DNA of 64,000 nucleotides, taken from contig DF237258.1 of NCBI GenBank assembly GCA_000708835.1, forward strand, positions 1 through 64,000. The letters are read 5' to 3'. Position numbers and translations under genes: made by a program. Shown piece after piece: positions 25,686-36,423 of this stretch (position 1 is its first letter; each line of letters opens with the position of its first letter). The notes beneath the pieces are model-generated. The model was not told where the DNA came from. It saw only the letters and a program-made list of their open reading frames with translations, and made no database searches. This DNA is from Klebsormidium nitens. Its lineage: Eukaryota > Plantae > Klebsormidiophyceae.

Positions 25686-26475
25686 TGGTGGGAATATGTT
25701 TGGAGGTCATGGCAACTGTGTTTGGCTGCGAAGAGGCGTTCTAGACACCCTTCGCTCAAGGCATAGTCACACAGTCACATTGATCAAGGATTTACTCAGC
25801 TTTTGAAAGTTTTTTCCAAAAATATCGTGAAGGATGGATTGTGCGCCACATTGGGGCACAACACAGCCGCACAGAATGCTGGTTCTAATCACACTCAAAT
25901 TCGACCCATATTCGAAACTGGTCATTCTTTGACGCGAGGAGAAAACGTCGAAAAGCTCCATATGTTCTTCGGCTTCTGAGTCTCGAGAAAAAGGGCGATG
26001 AAATCATGCAACATTTCGAAAGTGAACGTTGATACATTGCATAAGGTTAAGGGCGCGCTCGAAACTCAAACATTGATCCACATGTATGCGGTGGAAGCTT
26101 ATGGTCCATGCATGCATGTGACTACAGCGTTTTGAAAAAAGAACATAAAGCAGCTTAGTCGAGAGTACATTTAGCGACTTATGTACTTGGAGCTTCTTTT
26201 GAAGGCCAGCCTGGCCTTCAGTGCTCATGCAGTGTTATAATAATCCGATGATCTATATGATTGGCGGTGCTTATGCCGTCCATCTATATTGCACCAATGA
26301 TGTACGCGCGGCCGGGCACGTCCATGTTAGAATTTTGTAAGACGTTCTATTTTGAGCGGACGTTTTGCATTGCAAGTCGAGTGGGCACGAGATAGAAATC
26401 GATCGTTTGAACGTGAGAAAGGGCGTATCTGACTTGTTCTTGGAATAGTACCATTCTTGCTATCTTGAGAATTGC

Positions 26476-26546
26476 AGGTGGTGAGAATGCTTCCCGGGCT
26501 GCGGGAAGCGGGGGGGCACGGGGGGGCGCAGCCCCCCCGTTTCTCA
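26476..26546. repeat. GC-rich hairpin repeat, left copy of an inverted pair flanking the tRNA gene
   Basis: AGGTGGTG...GCGGGGGGGC...GCAGCCCCCCCGT(TT)CTCA matches the reverse complement of 26822-26863. Contains hairpins GCTTCCCG/CGGGAAGC and GGGGGGC/GCCCCCC. Confidence 0.65.
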
Positions 26547-26652
26547 AGGCCAGAAGAGAAGGCGTGTGCTACGGAGGAACCAAGTCCGACTGACGTTGAA
26601 TAGCTGTCGAATGTGGCCCGTGCATTGAAGGTGAACGAAAAGGAGAACAGGC

Positions 26653-26657
26653 AAAAA
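26653..26657 (-). terminator. Pol III terminator (T5) of the tRNA-Gly gene
   Basis: TTTTT on the minus strand about 14 nt downstream of the tRNA 3' end. Confidence 0.7.
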
Positions 26658-26670
26658 TAGGATGTTCGAT

Positions 26671-26769
26671 TGCACCGGCCGGGAATCGAACCCGGGTCTG
26701 TACCGAGCTCGCTTGCGTCGTGGTGACGCTAGTTGGCAGGGTACTATTCTACCACTAGACCACCGGTGC
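26671..26769 (-). tRNA. tRNA-Gly(GCC) with a 28-nt intron (26706-26733) at the canonical 37/38 position
   Basis: Minus strand reads GCACCGGTGGTCTAGTGGTAGAATAGTACCCTGCCA[ACTAGCGTCACCACGACGCAAGCGAGCT]CGGTACAGACCCGGGTTCGATTCCCGGCCGGTGCA. Removing the bracket gives a 71-nt cloverleaf with intact acceptor stem, anticodon stem GTACC/GGTAC, and A and B boxes. Confidence 0.94.
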
Positions 26770-26821
26770 TGGTTGGAGATGCGATAAAGGCAACTTGTAA
26801 AAACCTAAGGGTAACTCTAAG

Positions 26822-26863
26822 TGAGACGGGGGGGCTGCCGCCCCCCCGCACCCAGCACCACCT
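26822..26863. repeat. GC-rich hairpin repeat, right copy of the inverted pair
   Basis: TGAGACGGGGGGGCTGCCGCCCCCCCGCACCCAGCACCACCT, an inverted copy of 26476-26546. Confidence 0.65.
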
Positions 26864-26923
26864 TTCAGCATTGTACAGACGAGGAAGCCCTCAAAGGACC
26901 GCTTCAAAGGGCCTCTGTTCAGC

Positions 26924-29900
26924 ATGGAGTCCGTGGGAGTCGGCTACATGACACATTACTTGGGCTATGCTGAATTATCAGCTGCAGAGTGGAATGCACA
27001 GATCGATGCATTTGATGTGGAGGTGAGTTCCATTGAACGTGAGGAACACCAAGTCATACATGCAATGCTGTGTCCCGAGCCACACCTCCTGAGCTCGATC
27101 CCGGTCAAAACGGACCGGCGGAGACTTTTCGGTGGGCTTTCCTGTGGGCATCGCCGTTGTAGCTACAGTCTGGGAAGATTCTTCAATGGGTGCAAGATGT
27201 TGCTTTCACTAGAAACATGATGATGGGTGTATTCAAGATCACATCCCGCATCCACGTGAAGCTCACGACACAACACCACCCCTCCTTGAGTTGTCAATGA
27301 ATACAATCATAGTTGGGTCAATACTGGTCCTTTGGGCTGCCGGTCCTGGTGACTCTTTCTAGAGCAGCGCTTTTCTCTGCGCAGAAGCTGCCCAGGTCTC
27401 TTCTCAGAGAGATCAATGCAAGATAGTGGGCGCCCACAACGTGTAAGTGAAGGGGCTGGCACGGTGGTGGTGGTTGCGATGGTGGTGGTGATCACAATTG
27501 GGCAGGCGCCCACAACTACCCCACCCTTGTTACAAATTCAGGCAGAGCCATGATTCATCTGCCCTGCCCATGCGGGCAGTGGTTGAATGCGGTAGCAGCG
27601 TTCCACCAATGAAATTGCCCCTGCAAATCGAGCATCCAATCTGCCCCCACCTTGCCCCACCCATCACCTTTAGTGATTACTCCAACCGGCCCAAAATTTC
27701 TGCACCCTGCTGCCTTCCAGGGCCTGGCGGAGCAGCTGGAAGAGGCGGGCGCCTCCCACTTTCTCTTCACGCTGGGACAGAACAGCGGGCGCTATGCGGC
27801 CCCCAACGCCACCTACGACCGCATCGTGGGGCGCCAGCCCAGCGTCTTATCCAATCGCGATCTGATGAGCGACTTGTACGAGGCCCTGTCGCGGCGCGGC
27901 ATTGCGCTGCTGGCGTACCTGCCCAGCAAGTGCCCTGAGCAGGACCCCCTAGCGATGGAGAAATTCCGGTGGGAGGAGGATGCGCCCCTGAGGCGCCCCT
28001 TCCAGCAGCTGTGGGAGGCGGTTATCCGAGAGTGGTCGCTCCGGTGAGGGGGGGCGCTTATGGGCAGCCTGATTTGTTGATATTTGTTAGGATGTTGGAG
28101 TTGTCTTCTGAGTACGCATGTGGGCAAAGCTCATGTAGATAAGATCGACAAGCGTGGGTTCATGTGGATTACAGGTGTCCTCTCTTTGCCACCTAGGGCC
28201 CCATGTTGAAAAATCGAGCTGCCAGCTCTTTTGGGTCCTTGTTTTGAGATCAAGGAGCGTTAGGGTATGGAATGAATATCCATCTTAAAGGATATGAGTT
28301 GGCGCTAAAGCCCCTGCCATTGTTCCTGCATTTCTGTCAGTAACTGATCAGCAAGTGTAGTCTAGTAATTGGAAGTCACGCATCAGTTGGGGGAGTCGGA
28401 TGAACGGCTTTGAGTACAACAAGGTCTTCGTAGGCAGGCAGCGTCGACAAACCAAGCATTGCCGAGCAATGGCAGAACGCAGTGCATCCTTCCTTGACAT
28501 TCGACTTTTGAGAAAGGCTAGCAACTGACGATAATCAAAAGGAGTTCCGCCTCTCACTCATTCAAACTTAGGAACCCAGTTCGGTGACGCGAGGCCGGTT
28601 ACTTCGTGTTCTGTGCCTGAACGGGCCAGCTTCTCTCCGCCAGGTGGGGCTCCAAGGTGGTGGGCTGGTTCTTCGACGGCTGCTACAACACCGACATGTA
28701 CTCGTCTCCCGAGCCGCCCAACATGGCCAGCTTTGTCGCGGCCGCGCGGGCGGGGAACCCCAACGTGGTCCTCATGTTCAACAACGGGGCGGGGCCGGGC
28801 CAGTCGCTCAGCAGCTTTGAGGACCTGACGGCCGGGGAGATCTGGCAGCAGGCCAGGGTGAGAAGGCGTCGAGCTCCTCCTAGAGTTCGTTGATAGTCCG
28901 CTGTCATGACAATGAGAGTTCAGTCTGCAATATTAAGTTCAACTGTGGAGTATGGGCGCCGTCAGTTTTTTTGGAAGGTACTGCATCTCGAAACCATTCA
29001 CCTGATCCAAGTGCTTGGTTTTACAGACGGATCCTATATGAGAACCATCTGCTTCGAAAAGCGGATCCTGAATCCAAGCACAGCGTATCTATCATACTCT
29101 AGTTTCGTATGTAAGTTGGGCGGTCCATATGGCCTCAAGCAAAGACTCATTCTGAGCTGCCTGGACGTGAAAATTCACGGACGCAATTTTCTCTGCCCGT
29201 AGGTCCTCCCAGAGTGCTCTACCGACGGGCGGTGTCACAGCCGGTGCGCCATGAGCGGCCGCCCCACGGCCCCCCGCTGGCACCTCAACACGTACCTGGC
29301 GGGCAACTTCGGGGGCTTCGGAGTGCCGGACGCGCCCCGCTTCAGCGACCAATACGTGCAGGTGGGGCGGCCAGAATTGTCACCAAGCTGCTGCTAGAGT
29401 GAATTGTTGCGCACAGTTGACTCATCTCGTTCGCCTCTACTTTACAAAGATGCGAGGTGACTCCCACCTCACTCGAAGCTGAAAACCTGTCGTAATCTTG
29501 ATAGACCGTCTATGTCGGTGCGGACTCTATTTGAAGCTTCCCTCCTCCTACCAGTGCGCTGTGTATCAGTGACTGTCGCCCAGGCTCAGTGCATGTCCGC
29601 AGCCACGGCTGGCTGAAATTCTCTCTCGGCTGCCAGGCATACACGATGCGGGCAATGGAGCGCGGCGGAGCCATCACGTGGGACGTGCCGATCCGATTGC
29701 ACGGCACTGAGAACGGGCACATGAGCCGGGCGCTCATGCCGCAGGTCAGCCACCGCTTTATGTCTCTGGGCTCCGGTAATCTAGACACTGCTGCCAACAC
29801 CCTTTACACTGCCGATTATTTCGTTCGAGCTGCGACTGAAAAGAAGTCGTGCCGATACTAATCGGGATTTCTCAATAGCCGTTGTCTTAATACATGTTTA

Positions 29901-32900
29901 GAATCAAGTTTGGCAGCTGCGAGCCGCTAAAGCCCGTCAAGTTCTTCGCATCAGCTTTTTGGCACATGCCTTTGATTTGCAGTTGCGTCAGCTGAAGAAC
30001 GTGCTCCACCCAGACAGCGACCTCGCTTTCAAGCGGCCCGTGCTGGCGTCCTCCGGCCACGTGTCCGCGTCTTTCGGCAATGACGGGAGGGCCGACACGT
30101 GCTGGACAGCCGCCGCGGATGACGAAGACGCCTTCTGGCAGGTGAGGTCTCCCGGAAACGTCGAGGAGTCATACATACCCGACATTTGACGACTGACATC
30201 TCGAATTATGTGAAGCTTTATCCAAGCCCGGGACACTGGAGACCCGTCGGTTCGCGTCAGCCGATGAGCACCGACCCTAGCAGTCAATCCTTTCGTTGTG
30301 AGTGTACATTAGATCCAAATGGACCCCCTAAAGGACAGGCAAGCATGCGCCATTTGCCCTGCGCTTCGGCACAAGCACAGGTTATTGGGAGGGATCGTCG
30401 AGTGCGTCTTCCTCGTAATCATTCTGCCGCACTATCTACTTGAGTCCACCTTTCCGTGTTGGCGGAGCCATTGTTGCTACAGCACGTTGTCTTCGTCTAT
30501 CGAGTGTTCACCAAGAGCTTTTCAATAGACCGTGCCTTCCTTCTGGGAGCCTCAAAGCAGCTTCTCCGCTGGTCAGATCTTCGCTGATCTGGTGATTCGC
30601 CGCAGGTCGACCTGGGCATGCCGTACTTCATTACGTCTGTCGACGTCACCCTCCCTCCCGGCAGCCCTCGCAGCGGCTTCGAGGTGTGGGGATCCCCCGA
30701 CCCCGAGAGCCGCACCTTCACAATCCTCGGCCGCCAACCCGACGACCAGCCACTGCCCGGGGACACCTTCCCGGTCGCTCACCCTCCCGGCAATCCTTGG
30801 GGGCCGTTCCGCTACCTGCGCTTGGTTAAGAGCGGCCGGCAACCGGGGTCGCTTGGCGTGAGTGCTTTTAAAGTGAGGGGCCGGTGGGTTCCCCCGGTCA
30901 ACCTGGCGGTTGGGAAGCCGGCGGTGGCGTCCTCGGGGCAGTCTAGCGTGAGCCTGGGGAATGACGGCCACCGGGAAACGGCGTGGAGCTCCGATGCGGG
31001 GGACGGCAGCCCCTGGTGGCAGGTGGACCTGGGGCAGCCAGTCGAGGTGAGGTTAATCTCCGATTTCATCAAGGGTAAACGCTATGAGGGGTGACAGCAG
31101 CACGTAAAGCAGAAACCAGTGGTCTACACGCTCCGCACCCGTACCCACCCCAACCTCCAAGCCAATCCCATCCGTCCCAATTACCCTTCTTAGCCCTTAC
31201 CTTTCACAAACTATATCGAAGTGAGGTGAGGGACCGACGGTTCGCGAAGCATCACTCGCTCTGATTGCTCAATGTGGGCGATAAAAGTTGGTAAAAACGA
31301 GCCGTTGCAAGCATGCCACTCGATCGACTTGTGCAAATGTCGCAGAAATTCGATTCTCGAGAAGGAGCGGGCGGGCTGGTCTGCGAGCTGGTATGCCTGA
31401 CGATCCGTTCACCTCCTCGTGGACCACAAATGTGGTCCCTGGCCCGATTTTTCGTCCAACACGCACAAATATTGCTGATTCTGGCTGAAGAATTCTGCTC
31501 TTGGAACCATAGTCTGGGTCAGCAGCGAGGGCCTTTCTGCTGCGGCTGACCCTGCCGTTGCGCCGGTACCTGCAGATCTCCATATTGGAGTTTCTGCCCC
31601 CACTTGGCTCCCAAGACGAGCGCTTCCGGCGTGCCTTCGAGTTCCGGGCGTCCAACTCCGCGGACGGAACGGACGCAGTGGTGCTGGGCAGCCAGCCCGC
31701 GGACATGGTGTGTCCCCCGGACACGCTCTGGTCGTGCGGGCCCAGGGACGACAACGGCTACCGATACGTGCGCGTTGCAAAGACGGACGGCCAGCCGTTC
31801 GCGTTCCAGGAGGTGAAAGCAAACTCTCTTTGAGATTACACTTCGTCAGATCCTTGCTTTCTGAGGAAACGACCGATCAGCAGGAAGGAGGTACCTGTTG
31901 AAGGATGTTTCTTGCTTCCAATTGAGCTTTGCCTCTAGCGCAGCTCTGCTCGCAGCGTGCACACGAATCTCCCAGCCTGCTGCTGTAGCCGTGGTCGGGA
32001 AGCCGGCAGTGGCCCTTCGAGGAACCTACCTTTCATTCCTTGACTGATTGCTCCCCTCTCTCGCACTCATGATCGCACCGCATCTGGACGCCCTGCCGCA
32101 CTCTCAGTCTCAAAACAGTGACCAATGTACCGTTTATTGCTTGCATTGGGATTGGGGGGCACAAAGTGGAAAAACAAGACGCAAAATGAGAACGCAACAG
32201 CTTCTACTTTATGTCAGAATTGCCGCCATCTTCCTCTTCCTATTCTGAGAACAGTATCACTGGAGACTGTTACGCAGTCATTCTCTTTCACGCCCTGCGG
32301 TCGCCAAGCGCTCATCGCTCCTTCGTTCCTTCTCCCCAGCTGCGCGTGTACGGCTCCCCCGTGTCCTCGTACCGGAACGCGGTCCCCGGTCGTCCCGTGA
32401 GCGCGTCTTCCGTCTGGTCCGACGCTCTGAACGCGGACCAAGCGGCGGACGAGCTGCTGAACCACATGTGGAGCACGGCCGAAACGGACCCGCAACCATT
32501 TTGGCAGCTAGACCTGGGGGCGGCCCGCCGAGTGACGGCGGTGGAACTGGTGGCGCGCCAGGACGACTGCGACCAGCCGGACTGCAGGAGGTGCGAAATT
32601 TCAACGACGCTTTAATAGGCGATAAGCCATTCGTCTGATTAAGATCAAAGTTTACGTGCTCCGCACAGCCACCCTAAAACCCCATCTAACCCACCGTCCC
32701 GGCACCATTTTCTAATGTACACTACATTGGTGCGTACCACAGGAGCAAGAGTTGCGCTTTGCGAGGAGTCCGAGCGTTGGGAAGGTAACATCGTGTGCCG
32801 GCTAAAGTAATGATATTCGACGTTGGGCAGTGCGAGTCTAGACAAAGCCGAGATCTTATGGACCCTTTCTTGTACTTGGCATCAGAGCTGACGTCCCTGA

Positions 32901-35176
32901 GGGGTTGAGTTGGCAGTTTGAGGGGCTCTCACACCTCTCCATTGTCCAGAGCAAGGAAGGACGCTGGTGACGGATTGGCAACAACCTGGGTTCTGAAAGG
33001 ATTGTGTGACTGATGGAGTTACATGCAGCCGGCAGTAGTACCTTCCAACAACTTTTTCTTTTGCCAGGAATGCTATTGATCACACAAAGTGCTACACTAG
33101 TCAATGACACTTAGTGACACTTCTCCCTTCGCACTTGCAGAGACTTCGAGTTCCGCGGCTCTGACCAAGAAGACGGGTCCGCGTATACGGTCCTGGCCAG
33201 GCAGGGTGGCGAACCATTTCCACACAAGGTAAGAGTAGCATCGCTTCAGCATTCTGGCGGTCGTGTCTCACTGCTGACGCTTGCTTTGCCAGCTGCCTAG
33301 AACGTTCTGTACTTCCGTCAGAGCATCACTCTAGCTTGGAAACTTTCATTGGCGTCGTTTGCAATCGTCTCTATCTGGCCTTTTGTATGCTTACACGTCA
33401 GCGGCCGTAATGAGCAAGGTCGAAGCTTTGCTTTAGCTGACTCCACAACCTGTCTTCCAATCGCCATTTCACCTCAGTGTTTCAGCCCTGCCGTTGCTTC
33501 TTTCAACGTAGCCCGCTCGCAAGTTTTCCATCCTCGTTCAATCACCTCTTCATTGCCGCCTTTTCAGGGCACATGGGCCGCTCCGGTCTCTTGCATGCTT
33601 CTGTTCCGCTACATCCGCGTGGCCAAGGTGCACGGGAATTACTTCAACGCGTGCACCGTCCGAGTCATCACCGGCCCCCCCGCCAGCCCGGATCTGGCTC
33701 TCGGGAAGCCCGCCGTTGCATCGTCGCACTTTGATGAGTACACGGCAGCTGCCAATGGCAACGACGGAGACCTGGGCTCTATCTGGGCCTCTAACGCGGG
33801 AGACCCAGCACCGTGGTGGCAGGTGAGGCCGCTGGGTGCCTGAGAACCGGGATGGAAAGAAGGAGAGCGGGGCAAGCTGCTGCTACAAGCCGAATGTGCG
33901 ACTGAATAAGACGCCTGGTGGGCCGTTTGTTCACTGTTGTTGGCCCTCATTTGCGGTCTTTCATGACTGGAGTAGCGACGAGAAGCAGAAATAAGAAGTG
34001 CCCCGCCGCCCTGACAAATGGATGGACACCATGCTACCCAGGCAGAGCCAGTTTCAACGCTTGAAAACACAAAGCACATGTTTTGCGAACTGGCAGTCGG
34101 AACATTGACATGCAAGAGAGATGGAACGGTTAGAGAGAAAATCAAGAGTGATTAGGAAGAAAAGGGCCGAGAGAGGCAGCTCAGTAAAGGCACAATGGTT
34201 CAATGGTTTTTTCTTGCTCCCAGGTCGACCTCGGCCGTACGTGCCACGTCACCTCTGTGTCCCTCACCCCCCGGCAAGACGGCGACCAGGACTTCACCCG
34301 GCGCAACTTCGTGGTCGCCGGACTGGCCTCCCCCGACGACCCCAATCCCACCACTCTCGCCGAAGTCGGCGAGGATCCCTTTCCGTCCCTACACACGTGG
34401 AACGCCCCGGTGGTAAACCCCGGGCGGTTCCGCTACCTCAGAGTTTCCAAAACTGACGGCTCGCACTTTAACTTCGCGGCTTTTAGTGCACTTGGAACGG
34501 CAGGCCCGCCGGAAAACTTGGCCTTCGGGGCGCGCGCGAGCGCTTCGTCTGAGTTTAGTGACGGCACCCCTGCGTCAGCCGCGCTGGACGGGAGCGTTGC
34601 CACCCTTTGGGCGTCCGCTGCAGAGGACCCCGCGGGGCCGTGGTGGCAGGTACGTCAGCGGGTGCTCACGCTTACGTCATGCTTATGTTGGATGCGCGGG
34701 GAGGAACGAAGCACAATACTCTCAGTCTTAGGGACCTTCGTCTTGCTCTTCTCAATGTTTTCACCCTGTCCCGTCACCAGAGCAAGAAAACAGCCATAGT
34801 GTCGGGATCGAGTATGCAACCCCAACAGATCGCAAAAAGTGGCATTGTCCGAAGCTCAATTCCGTGACGAGCAGACTATTGTCCCCCGCAGGTGGACCTG
34901 GGCGGGCCGTGCCACGTAACGCGCATCGAGCTGACTGCGCGCCAGGATGAGGGCCAGGATCTAGCGCGCACCAACTTCGAAGTGCGCGGCTCCGATGTTG
35001 CAGACAACAGCGACTTCGCCGTGCTTGGTGGGCTAACGGGGCCGCCGTTTGAGGACAAGGGCACGTGGCAAAGCGTACTGGCGGACGGAACAAAGTGCCG
35101 GTACTTGAGAGTTGTCAAGTTGGACGGTGCGCACTTCAACTTTGTCCAGTTTCGAGCGTTTGGGTATAAGTTATGA
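26924..35176 (+). CDS. Bacterial-type GH29-like (putative alpha-L-fucosidase-like) glycoside hydrolase fused to five F5/8-type C (CBM32/CBM47-like) domains; 13 exons, about 1,010 aa
   Basis: All 12 introns are GT-AG and phase-consistent with no internal stops. Catalytic part: GYMTHYL...FDVEGLAEQLEEAGASHFLFTLGQNSGRYAAPNATYD...RDLMSDLYEAL...WEAVIREWSLRWGSKVVGWFFDGCY...AAARAGNP...EDLTAGE...GGAITWDVP. Five repeats of N/DLAxGKPAxASS...NDG...W...WWQVDLG...FRY(L/I/V)R(V/L)xK. Confidence 0.82.
31130..31178 (+). repeat. Dispersed C-rich repeat (other copies 32658-32700 and 63488-63536)
   Basis: GCTCCGCACCCGTACCCACCCCAACCTCCAAGCCAATCCCATCCGTCCC is 41/49 identical to 63488-63536. A shorter related copy lies in another intron at 32658. 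Confidence 0.7.
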
Positions 35177-35498
35177 GCAGCAGTCGGGCTTTTGTGTCCA
35201 AGTTGCAGGGACCAAATGCGTTGTGCTCGACAACAGCGCCAAATTTTGCCATCACTTCGCGGAATCGTCATCGTGGGCTGCGACCAGTCATGTAAGATAT
35301 GATTTATTCTGGTAGGAATCAATGCCAATCTATGCACATAGTATCATTCAGCATGATTGGAGGCCAGGTGTTTAATGCCCAAGCAAGTGGATTTGATGGA
35401 AAGTGCTTGCTGAAAAGGGCACAAACGGTACGTATGTTCTGCAGAATGTTAACAATGGCACGTTGAAAAGGTTATCAAAAGACAGACAGCTTCGCGCG

Positions 35499-35703
35499 CA
35501 TGCATGCGCAGCGCTCATGCATGTGCCGGCGTGAAGAATTTACATGCATGTCTATGATCGACGGGTCAAGTTAGAAATGCTGCAGATCGATCCACGATCA
35601 GAGGCGTCCGGATGGCATAATTGCTTGTTCCTGTATGTGCTTTGGAATCTTGCGTTAATTTTGTATACTAGAGAGCTTCGGTCCGGCCTCAAGTTCATGC
35701 ATG
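35499..35703. promoter_or_regulatory. Cluster of four perfect RY motifs (CATGCATG)
   Basis: CATGCATG at 35499, 35516, 35543 and 35696, 0.7-0.9 kb upstream of the F-box gene. Function is inferred only. Confidence 0.35.
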
Positions 35704-36423
35704 TTGTCGTTATGCACATCTTCTTGCAGATGCATGATTGAGCAGCTGCAGCGAGTAGCTCTCAGTGCAATCACTAAAGCGTGACATGCCAGCCTCAACG
35801 TGGGGTGACTGATGGACAGATTGACTGATTATGAATAATGGATGACGCAAATCTGTACGATCGTCTACACACTGCGAGCTGGCGTTCAGTGATGCAAGCT
35901 GACCTCGCAGACTACCGTTCGTCAGGCCTGGGCCTTGGAGAAGAACGTGGCTACACCGCTGCAGCCTGAATCTGCTATACCACAAACCCGCGAGTGGCAG
36001 ATTGCATGCTGCCCGTCATGTCGCTGGACGGCCGCGGCAGAGATCACGCACAAGTCGTAAGGTTGCGCGTCGACCGAAAACCTACTTGGCTTCCAGTGTT
36101 AGCTTTGTTGTACCGACAGGTAGAAGGTACGGTACCCTTCCAGCCATATTACATCTCTGGTATGTACCTTGGCATACCACGTGGATCTGAAAAGCCATCC
36201 GATTGGCTGAGTAATCTGGAAAGCTTTTTGAGGCTTTTCGTTCGACGCGCACCCTAAGACTCAGGTCGCTGAAGCTTGGGGGCTATCAAGCCGACTGCTC
36301 CAGCAAGGCTCCACTGGGACGAGGGCATGCGCGCGCTTTGGCTACGTCGAGACCATAAAGCACGAGACCCGATCGGTCTTGAAAATCGCTCAAAGTGGGG
36401 TTACTTTAGTTGTGTTGCGCACG

